Shown here: piece after piece, positions 16,112-29,292 of the stretch
Position numbering within the stretch: position 1 is the stretch's first letter
Layout of the letters: the number at the start of each line of letters is the position of its first letter
Notes under the pieces: model-generated
What the model was told of the DNA's origin: nothing
Seen by the model: only the letters and a program-made list of their open reading frames with translations
Databases searched by the model: none
Program-made: the position numbers and the translations under genes
Source of the DNA: the human T2T-CHM13v2.0 reference genome, Homo sapiens
DNA length: 64,000 nt
Strand: one strand, 5' to 3'
Assembly: GCF_009914755.1 (NCBI RefSeq)
Contig: NC_060931.1

Positions 16112-16515
16112 CAGCAGTGGTGAGCTTGAGCTGCTAAATGTTTAACAACCATTCTGAAGGGACAGTAATATTTTGTTATGTTTGTCAATTTCCATAGCAT
16201 ACATACTTCCACCACGGTTTGATTTCCAGCTATCAACGTGACACAACTAAGTGCAGAGTTGGAAGAAACGCTCAATTGCATTCCAGTACAAAACATTTCC
16301 ACTATAAATATTATACACGTAAATAATCTCATGAGCATTATAGTAAAGCAGTAAAAAAAAATGTTTGCACTATTATCTTTGTTTTAACATAACTTGTTTC
16401 ATTGTAAGTTTATATAAGGCCATTTTTAATCATGGCTGTGCTGAACAACAAACATGCAAAATTCTTGAGAAGTTATTGGTCAAATCTTGCAAGCTGGTAA
16501 AAGCCAGTTCCAACG
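16112..16515. mobile_element. MER63-like hAT DNA transposon
   Basis: cagtggtgagct...ctaaatgtttaacaacc and ...gcaagctggtaaaagccagttccaac ends. Confidence 0.6.
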
Positions 16516-16958
16516 CAAGCTCTTCACATCATTTTGCTCTGCCATCTTTAATGTGTGGACCTTCATCCATGTGCCTATTGCTTCATAGACACAGGATGGT
16601 TACTGCCCTTCTGAGCCTCACGTGTGCATGCAGGAAGAAGAGAAAGGAAAGGTACAAAATAGCTAATGCATCATGCCAATTAAAATATATATGTATTTCC
16701 CAAAACCCCACCTAAAGGCTTCAGTTTACAATGCATTGGCCAGAATTGAGTCATGTGTGCCTAGTTTGAAGATGGCTAGGTGGAAGAGGAAACACAAATG
16801 ATGGCTGAGTTGGCCAGCCAAATGGGTCTGCCATGATAATAAAAATGTATTTATGGAACTCCAAAGTTCAAGACACCATGCTTTGCACAGTGAGGCAGAG
16901 AAGAAAATAGAGCGGTTCAAAACTCAGTGCTTGCCATCCAAGATTCTTGGAAGATAAG

Positions 16959-17252
16959 GCTAGGCGGAGTGGCTCCCACCTGTAATCCTAACACTTTGGG
17001 AGGCCAAGGCGGGAGGATCACTTTAGCCTAGAAATTCAAGATCAGCCTAGGAAATATAGCAAGACTTCTTCCCTACAAAAAAATTTAAAAATTAGTCAGG
17101 TGCCGTGGCACATGCCTATGGTCTCATCTTTTCAATAGGCTGAGGTGGGAGTCCAGGAATTTGAAGCTACAGTGGGCTATGATCATGCCACCGTACTCCA
17201 GCCTGGGCAACAAAGCCAGACCCTGTCTCTTAAACAAACAAACAAACAAACA
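16959..17252 (+). mobile_element. AluJ with (CAAA)n tail
   Basis: 19-bp TSD aagattcttggaagataag. Confidence 0.95.
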
Positions 17253-18531
17253 AAGATTCTTGGAAGATAAGACAGAGAAATACAACCAACAATTCCAGTT
17301 TAATTTTCCTTTAACAACACACTAAGAGCCAAGTGTTGGTCCAGAAGCTAAGTATCTCTATTGTTGGTAGAGGCAGACATCACTCTTGTCTGGGGGATCC
17401 CTTCCATCAGAAGGGGTTATCCTCACAGAAAGAAAAGTCAAGTCAAACAAGTAACTGCCAATGAGTTTATAAATTCTGCTTAATTTAAATCATAAATTAC
17501 TGTATATGGGTACAGCCTTTGGGCACTCCCCTATTTCAGTTATTTTAGCTAATTGCATGGGAGGTTTAAATTTGTGTTGAAACATGTGGGCTAAAATTAA
17601 ATTGCTCTATCAGCATTGACCTACCTGCTTTTTCTGGGTAACAGATAACTGTCATTTTTCTAAGCTTAGTTCAATTCTTTTCAATGCCCTCTGGAAAAAC
17701 TTTACTGGTATCAAATGCTTTTTTTTTTTTTAAATGTTCTATTTTAAAAATTCTTTCTATGCAAGAAAGAATACCACCATGATGGTTAAAAGCATCATGT
17801 TACCATTTCCAAAGATAAGCATAATACTAGTCGGTATGTTATGGCTGTGTCTCTGGAACTTTCTATCACCATCAACATTGAATTAAATTATGCCCATATT
17901 TCTTTAAATTTTCTGAATCTCCTCCTGCACCTGGGCAGAGTGGGGACCCTCACTCGTCGTGTGAATAACTTCACCAAGATGAACAAGAAGAATGGTTGCT
18001 GTAAGTTGCTGAGCTACATAAGCCTTTGGGGCTGTTGAATCAGCCATCAATTTTGCCTGATGTAAAAGGTTATTCTCTTACTGCCTTTCAGTTTTGCCCT
18101 TTCAGCTCTGTACAGGCCACCACTGAATTTTTGCCTTAAAAAAAATTTAGCATCGTGGCTTGTCTGGCACAATGATAGGTCTGGAAAGTTCAGAGAAATT
18201 CTTGATACAAGGTCCTTCAGGACCTATGATAGACAACAGTTTCCTCTCCTCCCTGGAAACCTAATAACCTTTCTTTTTCCACAACCACCCCATCTTTCTC
18301 TCCATATGACCCAGTTTGCCCCATATAAAAATGATATGTTAATCAGCTATTGCTGCATAATAAACTTCCCCAAAACATACTGCCTCACTGCAGCAAGCAT
18401 TTCTTTTGCTAGCTCCCAGGTCTGCGGACTTCGTGAGACGTCCCTGCTCTAGGCTGTGGGTCAGCTTAACCAGGCTGCAGACTGCAGGTTGAATTCAAGT
18501 CTTTTCTTCACCCATTTGTATTGCTAAAAAG

Positions 18532-19527
18532 TGTCGACGAAAAGAGTCAAAGTCTGTAAAATATTTGGAGATGTATTCTGAGCCAAATATGAGTGACCAT
18601 GGCCTGTCACACAGCCCTCTCTGGAGATCCTGAGAACATGGGCTCAAGGTGGTCAGGGTGTAGCTTGGTTTTACACATTTTAGGGAGACATGAGACATCA
18701 GTCAAATACATTTAAGAAATACATCAGTTTGGTCCAAAAAGGTGGGACAACTCAAAGTGGGGGAGGGGAGGGGGAAGGGGGAGGAGAGGGGGAGGGGAAG
18801 GGAAGAGGGGAAGGGAAGAGGGGAAAGGGAGGGGAAAGGGGGGGGAAGGGGGAGAAGGGGGAGGGGGAGGAGGGGGAGGGGGAGGGGAGGAGGGGGAGGG
18901 GAAGGGAAGAGGGGGAGGGGAAGGGAAGAGGGGGAGGGGGAAGGGGATGGGGAGGGGGGAAGGGGAGGGGGAGGGGGGAAGGGGAGGGGGACTTCCAGGC
19001 TATAGGCAAATGTAAACATTTTCTGGATGACAATGGGTTCAGTTTGTCTAAAGACCTGGGATCAATAGAAAGGAAATGTTCTAGGTGAGATAAAAGATTG
19101 TGGAGACCAAGGTCCTTTTGAAGTCTCACAGTGGCTGCCCTTAGAGACAATAGATGACAAATGTTTCCTATTCAGATCATTAAAAGATGCTAGACTCTCA
19201 GTTAATCTCTTCAGGATTGGGAGGGCCTGGAAGAAAAAGATCTAGCTATGTCAGAGATTCTTTACAGATGCAAATTTGCGCCCACAAAAGACAGCTTTGC
19301 AGGGCCATTTCAAAATATGCCAAAGAAACATGTTTTTGGGTAAAATATTTTGATTGTCTTCTTTATCATGTAGTGTTATGCCAGAGTCAGACTGGAAAGT
19401 AAGTCGTGATATATAGCATTAAATAAAACCCATCTGATGAGAATTTAGGGTTTGTAAGGCATGACTCCCCAGACCCTTTAGATAGGAATTTGGGCAAGAT
19501 TAAAAAAAAAAAATAGCTTAGTCCTCA
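18532..19527 (-). mobile_element. MER4A-like solo LTR (ERV1)
   Basis: tgtcgacgaaaagagtcaaa...cttagtcctca; 4-bp TSD aaag on both sides. Confidence 0.85.
18759..18990 (+). repeat. (GGGGA)n-like purine tract inside the MER4 LTR
   Basis: 232 bp of G/A with a single T. Confidence 0.95.
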
Positions 19528-19584
19528 AAAGCAATATCTAGCATTGGGTAATTTACAAAAAAAATAATAATAATAATTAAAAAT

Positions 19585-19955
19585 TTTTTTAAAAGTTTAT
19601 TTGTCTCATGATTCTGATGTCTGGAAGTTAGGTATTGGGCATCTATATTTGTGATGGTCACAGAATGCTTTCCCTCATGGGGGAAGGTGATAGGGACCTG
19701 GTGTGTGCAGAGATCACCTGGTAAGAGAGAAAGCAAGACAGAGAGGCAGGAGGTGGCAAGCTCTTTGTAACAACCAGCTCTCCGTGAACTAACAGAGGCA
19801 GAGCTCTCTTACCTCCTCTCACCAGGGAGGACATCCATCTATTCATCAGGGATCCACCCCCATGACCCAAATACTTCCCATCAGGCACCATTGCCAACAT
19901 TCGGGATCAAATTTCAACAACAGGCTTGGAGGGGACAAATACGCAAGTGATAGCA
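19585..19955 (-). mobile_element. MST-family LTR fragment
   Basis: gatccaccccatgacccaaatacttccc...gatcaaatttcaaca. Confidence 0.7.
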
Positions 19956-20096
19956 GGTTCCCTCCATGTGTCTCTGCCTCTGTTTGGAGTAGCACCTACC
20001 CCGGCGTGGTCTTTTCATGGCGGACATCCAGGATACAAAAGGACAAGCAGGAACACGCAAAGCCCCTTGAGGACTCACACCTGCCACAAGCACTCA

Positions 20097-21356
<1,260 letters not shown>

Positions 21357-21572
21357 GAACAGAGCATTATCAAAAGGAGAAGCACATCTCAAGATAGAAA
21401 AGTCTCACATGGGAATGACATAACCTCCGACGTATGTCATCCTTTTGCCAAAAAAAAAAAAATGTGAAAAATGAATAATTATGTTTAACCTGTCAGCAGG
21501 CTGGTTATATTTTGGCCCTGTTTCTATAATCCTAATTTTTGACTAATGAGCTTTCCACTATTTGATTTTTTA

Positions 21573-21952
<380 letters not shown>

Positions 21953-23028
21953 GCGGTATTCTTCAGAATTCTTTTGTAATGCAAACATTTATAGCCCCAA
22001 TTGATTCATTTTATAGATTCAGATTTCCTTCCTTAAAACCAGAAATGCCTTTCTACCGAGGCTTTTATTCATATGTAAAGAAATAACACCTAAGAAAACA
22101 GTGACTGAAAGATTTCATTCCAGGCTGCCTGGCAGGAAGAGACCTTGGTCACTCAGTTCTGTGGTTCCCTGGCAGTGGTGGTGCATGAAGAAATTGCCTT
22201 ATGTCTTTTATCTGTTTCAACTGCAGAATGAAAGCAGAGACATCTGAGTTCTGTACGGGTTTGGATTCAGTTCCAGAGTTTGCTTCCTGGACTCAGAAAC
22301 TGGCCATTGGTCTGAATTAGACTCTGAGAGCTGGCAGGTCACTGAGCCTTCCTTCATTTTATGGATGATGAAAAGGAAAATTGGGAGTTCAATAAAACTG
22401 GGACTAAAATCCAGGTCTCCTGATTTTCCAAGTGAAAGCAAGATTCTGCCAGTCACCTGCTGGGTGCCTCTTAGACTCCTAGAGCATTTGCTATAAGCCA
22501 TGTCCTCTCCAGCCTCTGTAAGACTGACCCCCCAGAACAGCCTTGACTTCAGATGGAAGAACTTGATTCAAATCACAGCTTCCACGTATTAGCTGGTTGT
22601 CCTTGGGCAAACTGCACGCTCTCTCTTTGCTTCCATTCGCTCCTCTGCAAAATGGGGCTGATGATGTCTAATGTACAGTGGAGGCAGTGGAATAATGTAT
22701 TGTACAGTGCCTGACATGTAGGAGCAGTGACAAACAGCCATAACGATGGTGACAATGAGGAAAAATGAGCATGGTGGACTTAGACACCTGTCCAGAGATA
22801 GACCTGCACAGAGAACTCGGAGAAGGGATGTGGCATGAACTTGTCTGAGACCCACGCGGGGCATCTGTAGTTTTTCTGCCCTGGGATAGCAGAAGCAATA
22901 GTTTCCCCGTCCTAGGTGTTATCATGAATTTAATGAGCTACTGTTCGTTCAGTGCACCTTTGGGGTGGGATAGAGGAAAGTAGTAATGGGTCTTGAGATT
23001 CTGAGATTTCCCTGAGGATAGGGAGATA

Positions 23029-23444
<416 letters not shown>

Positions 23445-24243
23445 TAGATTTCCCAAAAGGAAAATGGAGATGCAGCCCATGGAGATTGGAAGAATGAGAC
23501 AGTTGATGGGGGGGGAAAAGAACCTGAAGGTAGAGAACAGCAGGAAAAAAAATAATGCGCCACAAGGGACCCCTGTGGAGAGTCTATCTTCCTGGGGGCC
23601 TTCCTGGTGAGCTATGGAGAAATTATCCTTGACAGTTTTAAGTTTTTCCCTCCAATGTTGCAAGTCCCCGCATCCACAGCTTAATCCAAACTTGAGTGGT
23701 AGTATCATGGAGGACGAAGTATCAGGAGAACAATGAAAAGCGGGACCTGCCTGCACTGTTCCGGAGGTAAAAGTTGAAATATACAAACTCAAACTTCGCC
23801 ACTCCCAAGGGCAAACATGCATTGTCAGTGATAGCACCACTGAGGTCTAGAAGGAAGACAGATCTGTTTTCCTGTCTTGTCTCACGATTTGAGAGGTGTT
23901 CTTCTCTTGCACGGTGAAGACCATCCTCTTCATTATGACAGTGACACAGAGCCCTCGTAGGTCCTAGCCTTCATCCTCTCTTTCCAAATGGCCCTTGTGT
24001 GGCCCATTGGAACTAAGAGAGGGGGCCATTGCTCGGCCATATACCTCCCAATGACCACATAAAGACCAGAGAGAAGCCCAGAATTACTGCCTGTTGGGAT
24101 ACCACAACTCTCTCTTAAGGATAAGTTACTATAAGTCTCAGTTTCTCCATCTGCAAAAGGGAAAGAATAGGTCCTACCTTATACAGGTATCACATCACTT
24201 CAATGAGCAGCTCCAGTTTTATTAAGGCATCCTCTGCAGCGCT

Positions 24244-24373
24244 TGGCACATGGTAAAGGCTCACATTGTTAGTTTCTCTCCTCCACCTCTTAATAACTCT
24301 CACTAAAGTGGCACATGGTAAAGGCTCACATTGTTAGTTTCTCTCCTCCACCTCTTAATAACTCTCACTAAAG
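24244..24373. repeat. Perfect 65-bp tandem duplication
   Basis: tggcacatggtaaagg...ctctcactaaag twice, identical. Confidence 0.97.
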
Positions 24374-24823
24374 TCAACTCTACCATTTTATCTGTGAAAA
24401 AATCAGTGCTTCCAACAGCACTGTGGCAGGACCTTAAAGTTGGGGACCCCAAGGAAAGCTTTGCACAAGAGGACATATTGAGCCTCTTCAGAAAGGCTAC
24501 TCTGCCAGGAAATTGTTGCTAGGAATATGATCTAGCATTATTTCCAGGAAGAAAAAGTAACTCATTGGAAAACATGATTAGACATTTTTCAAATTTCCCC
24601 CTCCCCTTCCAAGCTGGGTTCATTTCTACCAAGGCGCAAGAGGCTGGTTAAAATACACTAAAATAGACTTCAAGGGAAAGAAGTTCCAATATGTCAATCT
24701 GAGGGTTGTGAGTAGACAGAGAAGGTGCAGTTCACCACTGGGGCTTGGTGATGAAGGGATGGGGAGGGCCTTAGGTGTCTCATGGGGAGGACGTCTTGTG
24801 CACCAACTTGAACCTTGGGTGTT

Positions 24824-25125
24824 CTTTTTTTTTTTTTTTTTTTAGAGACAAGGTCTGTCTCTATCACCCAGGCTGGAGTGCAGTGGTGCAATCATAGCTC
24901 ACTGCAGCCTCCAACTCCTGGGCTCAAGTGATCCTCCTGTCTCAGCCCCCTGAGTAGCTTGAACTACAGATGTTCACCACCATACCTGGCTGATTTTTTT
25001 TTTTTTTAAGACATGGGGGTCTTGTTATATTGCCCAGGCTGGTCTTGATCTCCTAGGCTCAAGCGATCCTCCCACCTCAGCCTCCCAAAGTGTTGGGATT
25101 ACAGGCATGAGCCACTGTGCCCAGC
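24824..25125 (-). mobile_element. AluJ
   Basis: TSD gtgttcttt. Confidence 0.95.
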
Positions 25126-25348
25126 AACTCAAGTGTTCTTTATAAAAACCATTGGCAGTGACCTTGGTCTCTTCAACTTCAGTGATTCCTGACCAGACGC
25201 CAGCATGTCAGGAACTCAGTACAATGACCTCACTTCCAGGCCACCCAGTGCTGCCAAGGTGGACAGGAGGCTCCAGATTCCTAGGGATTTAGCCTTCAGG
25301 TATCTCCTTTCTGGAATGACTACTGCCGGGTTCCTCCGTGGAACTCAC

Positions 25349-25428
25349 CATGTCGTCCCCCCATCGTCCTTCCCTGTATGTCTCTGCAGATTGTGAAAAC
25401 ACCAGCTGGTCCACCTCGGCTGCTAAGC
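25349..25428 (-). other. Candidate minus-strand exon
   Basis: cctttgctttttcctctcctag acceptor; ATG|gtgagt donor. Confidence 0.35.
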
Positions 25429-25553
25429 CTAGGAGAGGAAAAAGCAAAGGAGTTATGGACATAGCTTTGAGGGTTTTTTTTTTTTTATCATCTAACGGTT
25501 CAATATTTAGAGCAATATTGATTCGATTTATCTAGTGTTGTAATGTTCCATTG

Positions 25554-25566
25554 GTTGCTAGGCAAC
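25554..25566. promoter_or_regulatory. RFX X-box
   Basis: GTTGCTAGGCAAC (reverse complement GTTGCCTAGCAAC) in unique sequence, abutting ATTGG. Confidence 0.6.
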
Positions 25567-27026
25567 AGAGTTCTTTCTGCTGTGTACTCTGGGTGGCTCA
25601 TGGGAGTTTGACTACCAAAGAGATTACTTTGTGTATGTGAGACTAAATGGACCATAGGTGCCATACATAAGTGCGGGGGGGATACTGTTTTACTGGGCAG
25701 TGTTAAGACCAGGTTTCCTATCACATCTTGGTAATTGCAATTCAGCCTCCAGAACAACACAGCCATTCATATTCACATTCCCCTACAAGATACCCTCTGA
25801 GAACAATTTAACACAAAGTTGTGCTGATGCATAAAACCCTATGTTGTGTGCTTACCATTCCATCCTCATAAACTTCAAACCTGCACTGGGGCAAGGATGG
25901 ATTTATTCCTCCCGCTTTCCATCCCCCACAAGTCCACCGATAACCAAAAATAGCAACGTGGATTACAAAAGGGCACATTCTGGTTTGTGCTTCAATCCTA
26001 GTATGGCAGCATCTTTCTTCATTTCCCTTATCCCAACTTCTCCCCTGCTCACCCCAAAATTGCCTTCCCTGTCTTGGTTTTTCTTTTTGGGGGGCTCTTT
26101 TGTAAGTCCTTGACACCGATGCTTCCTATGACTTTAAAATCCCAAGTCAGAACAGCAGGTAATGAGGCCCTGTCAGCTTGGGCTATATGGTTCAGTGACT
26201 TGGCATTGATGACATTTATTTTGGAACCTGCATGATGGCCTGACCTATTTTAGGATCTCTTCTTTCACCATACCTCCCTCCTCCGTTTTTCCAATTAGAA
26301 GCGAAGATAAAGGGAAATTGGGGGAGGCTGGAGAGGGAGAGAGAGAAGAACCTGGAAAGTGATTCTCCAGGAATAACATGAGAAGCTGCCCACGTTGCCC
26401 ATAACATTGGAACCACTGTCATAAAGACAATTTCAAGCCCTACTGGAAAGGCAAGAACTCAAGGCTGTGTCTGCAAAATGGGAAGAAACTCCAGAGGCAA
26501 TTATCTGCCTAGTTGCCCTGTGCAGCCACAGGAAATACACAAACCAAAGCCCACATTTGGTACTGTTCAGCATTTTCCTCTGTGGGAAGACCTGTTCGGG
26601 AGAGAAGTGATCCCATTCTTCCTAAGAGAAAAGCTATCTAGAGGAGAGAAAGGAAGGGGAGGGGGCAGGGAGAGGCAAGTGCAGGCAAGTGGCCAACAAT
26701 GTACATTTACAGGGAATAGAAATGGAAAACAGATGCTATGCAGGAGTATAAAGCATTGCCCTAGGAGCACCATCATCAGCCTCTGGAGAATAGAGTTTCT
26801 CAGATCCAGGCAAATCACACAGTAAGTCATTGGGAGCTGCAGACTTATTGTAAGCAGCTCTAAGCAATGGCCCTCCTGGGCTGCCTGGTACCCTGTCTCA
26901 ACATCTTTCTCATGGCTGGGCAGTAGCCAGCATTCCTCTGAAAACCACTGAGGTTTTCTTGAATTGTGCACAGTGCAGCTGCCCTGGGTCATGGACCACT
27001 GACCTTGACTTCCTTCTTTCCTCCAG

Positions 27027-27190
27027 GAGTGCTACAACTCCTTCGTCAGACTCCCCAAATAGTGGCCTTGGTCCTTTCGCGTCCTTATAACTCCCACTCG
27101 CTTGGAATGAATTCCACTGGGGCCACTAGGAAACGGCTTACAGAGCTACCATCTCCCTCTTGGAGGTCCAGGTCTTGCTGCTCCTGTCAG
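27027..27190 (+). other. 164-bp exon-like segment with strong splice sites
   Basis: cactgac branch site, ttccttctttcctccag acceptor, CAG|gtaaga donor. Confidence 0.55.
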
Positions 27191-27389
27191 GTAAGAAGCT
27201 CTGCTATAGATGAGAACACCTCATTGCTAGTTAAAGAGACAGGAACATCTATTCAGAGAAATGCTGGCTACACAGAAGACTCAGAGAAGGCAAGGAAGAG
27301 TGATAGAAAAAGGATGGCTTCCGATTTTGTCAATCTATTTTGCAGCTCATAGAAATTGTTGATTTAAATAATCTATTATAAGACTTCGT

Positions 27390-27642
27390 GGCTGGGCATA
27401 GTGGCTCATGCCTGTAATCCCAGCACTGTGGGAGGCCGAGGCAGGTGGATCACTTGAGATCAAGAGTTTGGGACCAACGTGGCCAACATGGTGAAACCGC
27501 ATCTCTACTAACAATACAAAAATTAGCCAGGTGTGGTGGCATGCACCTGTAATCCCAGCTACTCAGGAGGCTGAGGCAGAAGAATCACTTGAACCCAAGA
27601 GGCAGAGGTTGCAGTGAGACTCCATCTCAAAAAAAAAAAAAA
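27390..27642 (+). mobile_element. AluS with internal deletion, present only in the inverted D copy
   Basis: TSD aagacttcgtg / aggactttgtg; gcagtgag joined directly to actcc. Confidence 0.9.
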
Positions 27643-27705
27643 GGACTTTGTGAGCTCTGTCTTCAGGAAACAATTTGCTAGCTGGACTTATCACTACATT
27701 CCATT

Positions 27706-27803
27706 TTAATTTTTTTTTATTTTGGTAGAAAGAGGGTCAAGCAATTCTACTGCCTTGGTCTTCCAAAGCACTGGGATTGTAGGCATGAGCCACTGCACCC
27801 GGC
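27706..27803 (-). mobile_element. Alu left monomer, duplicated with segment D
   Basis: Same position and flanks as 29164-29292. Confidence 0.8.
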
Positions 27804-28086
27804 CACTATGTTCAATTTTGGTGACTTGCCAGAGTGGACACTTATTTCTTACTTGTATTTCTGTGCTTATGACTTGCCTGGGCCCTTTATGTTCTTGGGA
27901 GCCGTCAGTAGTACTGTGCTCTGTCTGCTAATGGACTTGCTTCCTGGGCCACAACCTGGTCAGAGAAGAAAGTTATACCTCTGGCTTTCTACCTCCCAGA
28001 ATGCTGGGACCCCACACCTCTTACATTCCTTATTCTGTCTCTTTAACTGGAAATGAGGTGTTCTCACATACCCCAGAGCTTCTTAC

Positions 28087-28250
28087 CTTGCAGGAGCAGC
28101 AAGACCCGGACCTCCAAGAGGGAGATGGTGGCTCTGCGAGCCTTTTTCTAGCAGCCCTGATGGAATTTGTTCCAGGAGAGTAGGAGTTACAAGGAAGCAA
28201 AAGGACCAGGGCCTCTATTCGGAGAGTCTAACAAAGGAGTTGTAGCACTA
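28087..28250 (-). other. Mirror copy of the 164-bp exon-like segment
   Basis: ttccttctttgctccag acceptor and AAG|gtaaga donor retained on the minus strand. Confidence 0.45.
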
Positions 28251-28489
28251 CTGGAGCAAAGAAGGAAGTCAAGGTCAGTGGTCCATGACCCAGGGCAGCT
28301 GTGCCGTGGACAACTCAAGAAAACCTCAATGACTATCAAGAATTGTCTATGCTTGAACCACCTGGGACCTGCCAAGGGGAAGAAAGGAATGTAAAAGGTG
28401 TGGGGTCCCAGCATTCTGGGAGGTAGAAAGCCAGAGGTATAACTGTCTTCTCTGATCAGGTTGTGGCCTCAGAAGCAAGCCCATTAGAG

Positions 28490-29032
28490 CAGGGGTCCCC
28501 AACCCTTGAATCACAGACCGGCACCAGTACTGGTACCGGTCTGTGGCCTGTTAGCAACCAGGCTGCACAGCAGGAGGTGAGCCACAGGCAGGCGAGCAAA
28601 GCTTCATCTGTACACACAGCCGCTCCCCATGACTCGCATCCCCACCTGAGCTCTGCCTCCTGTCAGATCAGTGGTGGCATTAGATTCTCATAGGAGCAGG
28701 AGCCCTGTTGTGAACTGTGCATGCCCGGGAACTAGGTTGCGAGCTCCTTATGAGAATCTAATGCCTGATGATCTGGCACTGTCTCCCATCACTTCCAGAT
28801 GGGACCATCTACTTGCAGGAAAACAAGTTCAGGGCTCCCACTGATTCTACATGACAGCAAATTGTATAATTATTTTGTTATATATTACAATGTGATAATA
28901 ATAGAAATAAAGTGCACAATAAATATAATGCCCTTGAATCATCCTGAAACCATCCCCCCCACCTCCGCTGTCTGTGGAAAAATTGTTTTCCACCAAACTA
29001 GTCCCTGGTGCCAAAAAGGTTGGGGACTGTTG
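28490..29032 (+). mobile_element. MER1A (hAT-Charlie)
   Basis: caggggtccccaacc...ggttggggactgttg; 8-bp TSD cattagag / tattagaa. Confidence 0.9.
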
Positions 29033-29163
29033 TATTAGAACAGACAGAGGACAGCTCTGTTGAGGGGTCTCAAGAACATAAAGGGCCCAGGCAAGTCATA
29101 AGCAGATAAATAAAAGTAAGAAATTAAGGTCTACTATGACAAGTCACTAAAATTGAACATAGA

Positions 29164-29292
29164 GGCTAGGTGCAGTGGTTCACACCTATAATTCCAGCAC
29201 CTTTGGAGGCTGAGGCAGGAGAATTGCTTGAGGCCAGGAATTTGAGACCAGCCTGGGCAACATAGCAAGACCCTGTCTCTACAAAAAAAAAA
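29164..29292 (+). mobile_element. Alu left monomer (FLAM-like)
   Basis: TSD aaattgaacatag / aaattgaatctag. Confidence 0.9.

Noticed and set aside
16940-17270. 19-bp direct repeat
   Set aside because: Ordinary Alu target-site duplication
18690-19150. Gly/Glu/Arg-rich and Pro/Ser-rich ORFs
   Set aside because: Translation of the GGGGA tract inside an LTR
26478-26825. 115-aa ORF ending at the 26821 donor
   Set aside because: No recognisable domain; it crosses a G-rich intron-like stretch and is in a different frame from the fossil exon reading
23464-27190. Argument that all fossil stops are one C-to-T change from sense codons
   Set aside because: True of any stop codon, so not evidence; only the TGA/CAA pair between the two exon copies is informative
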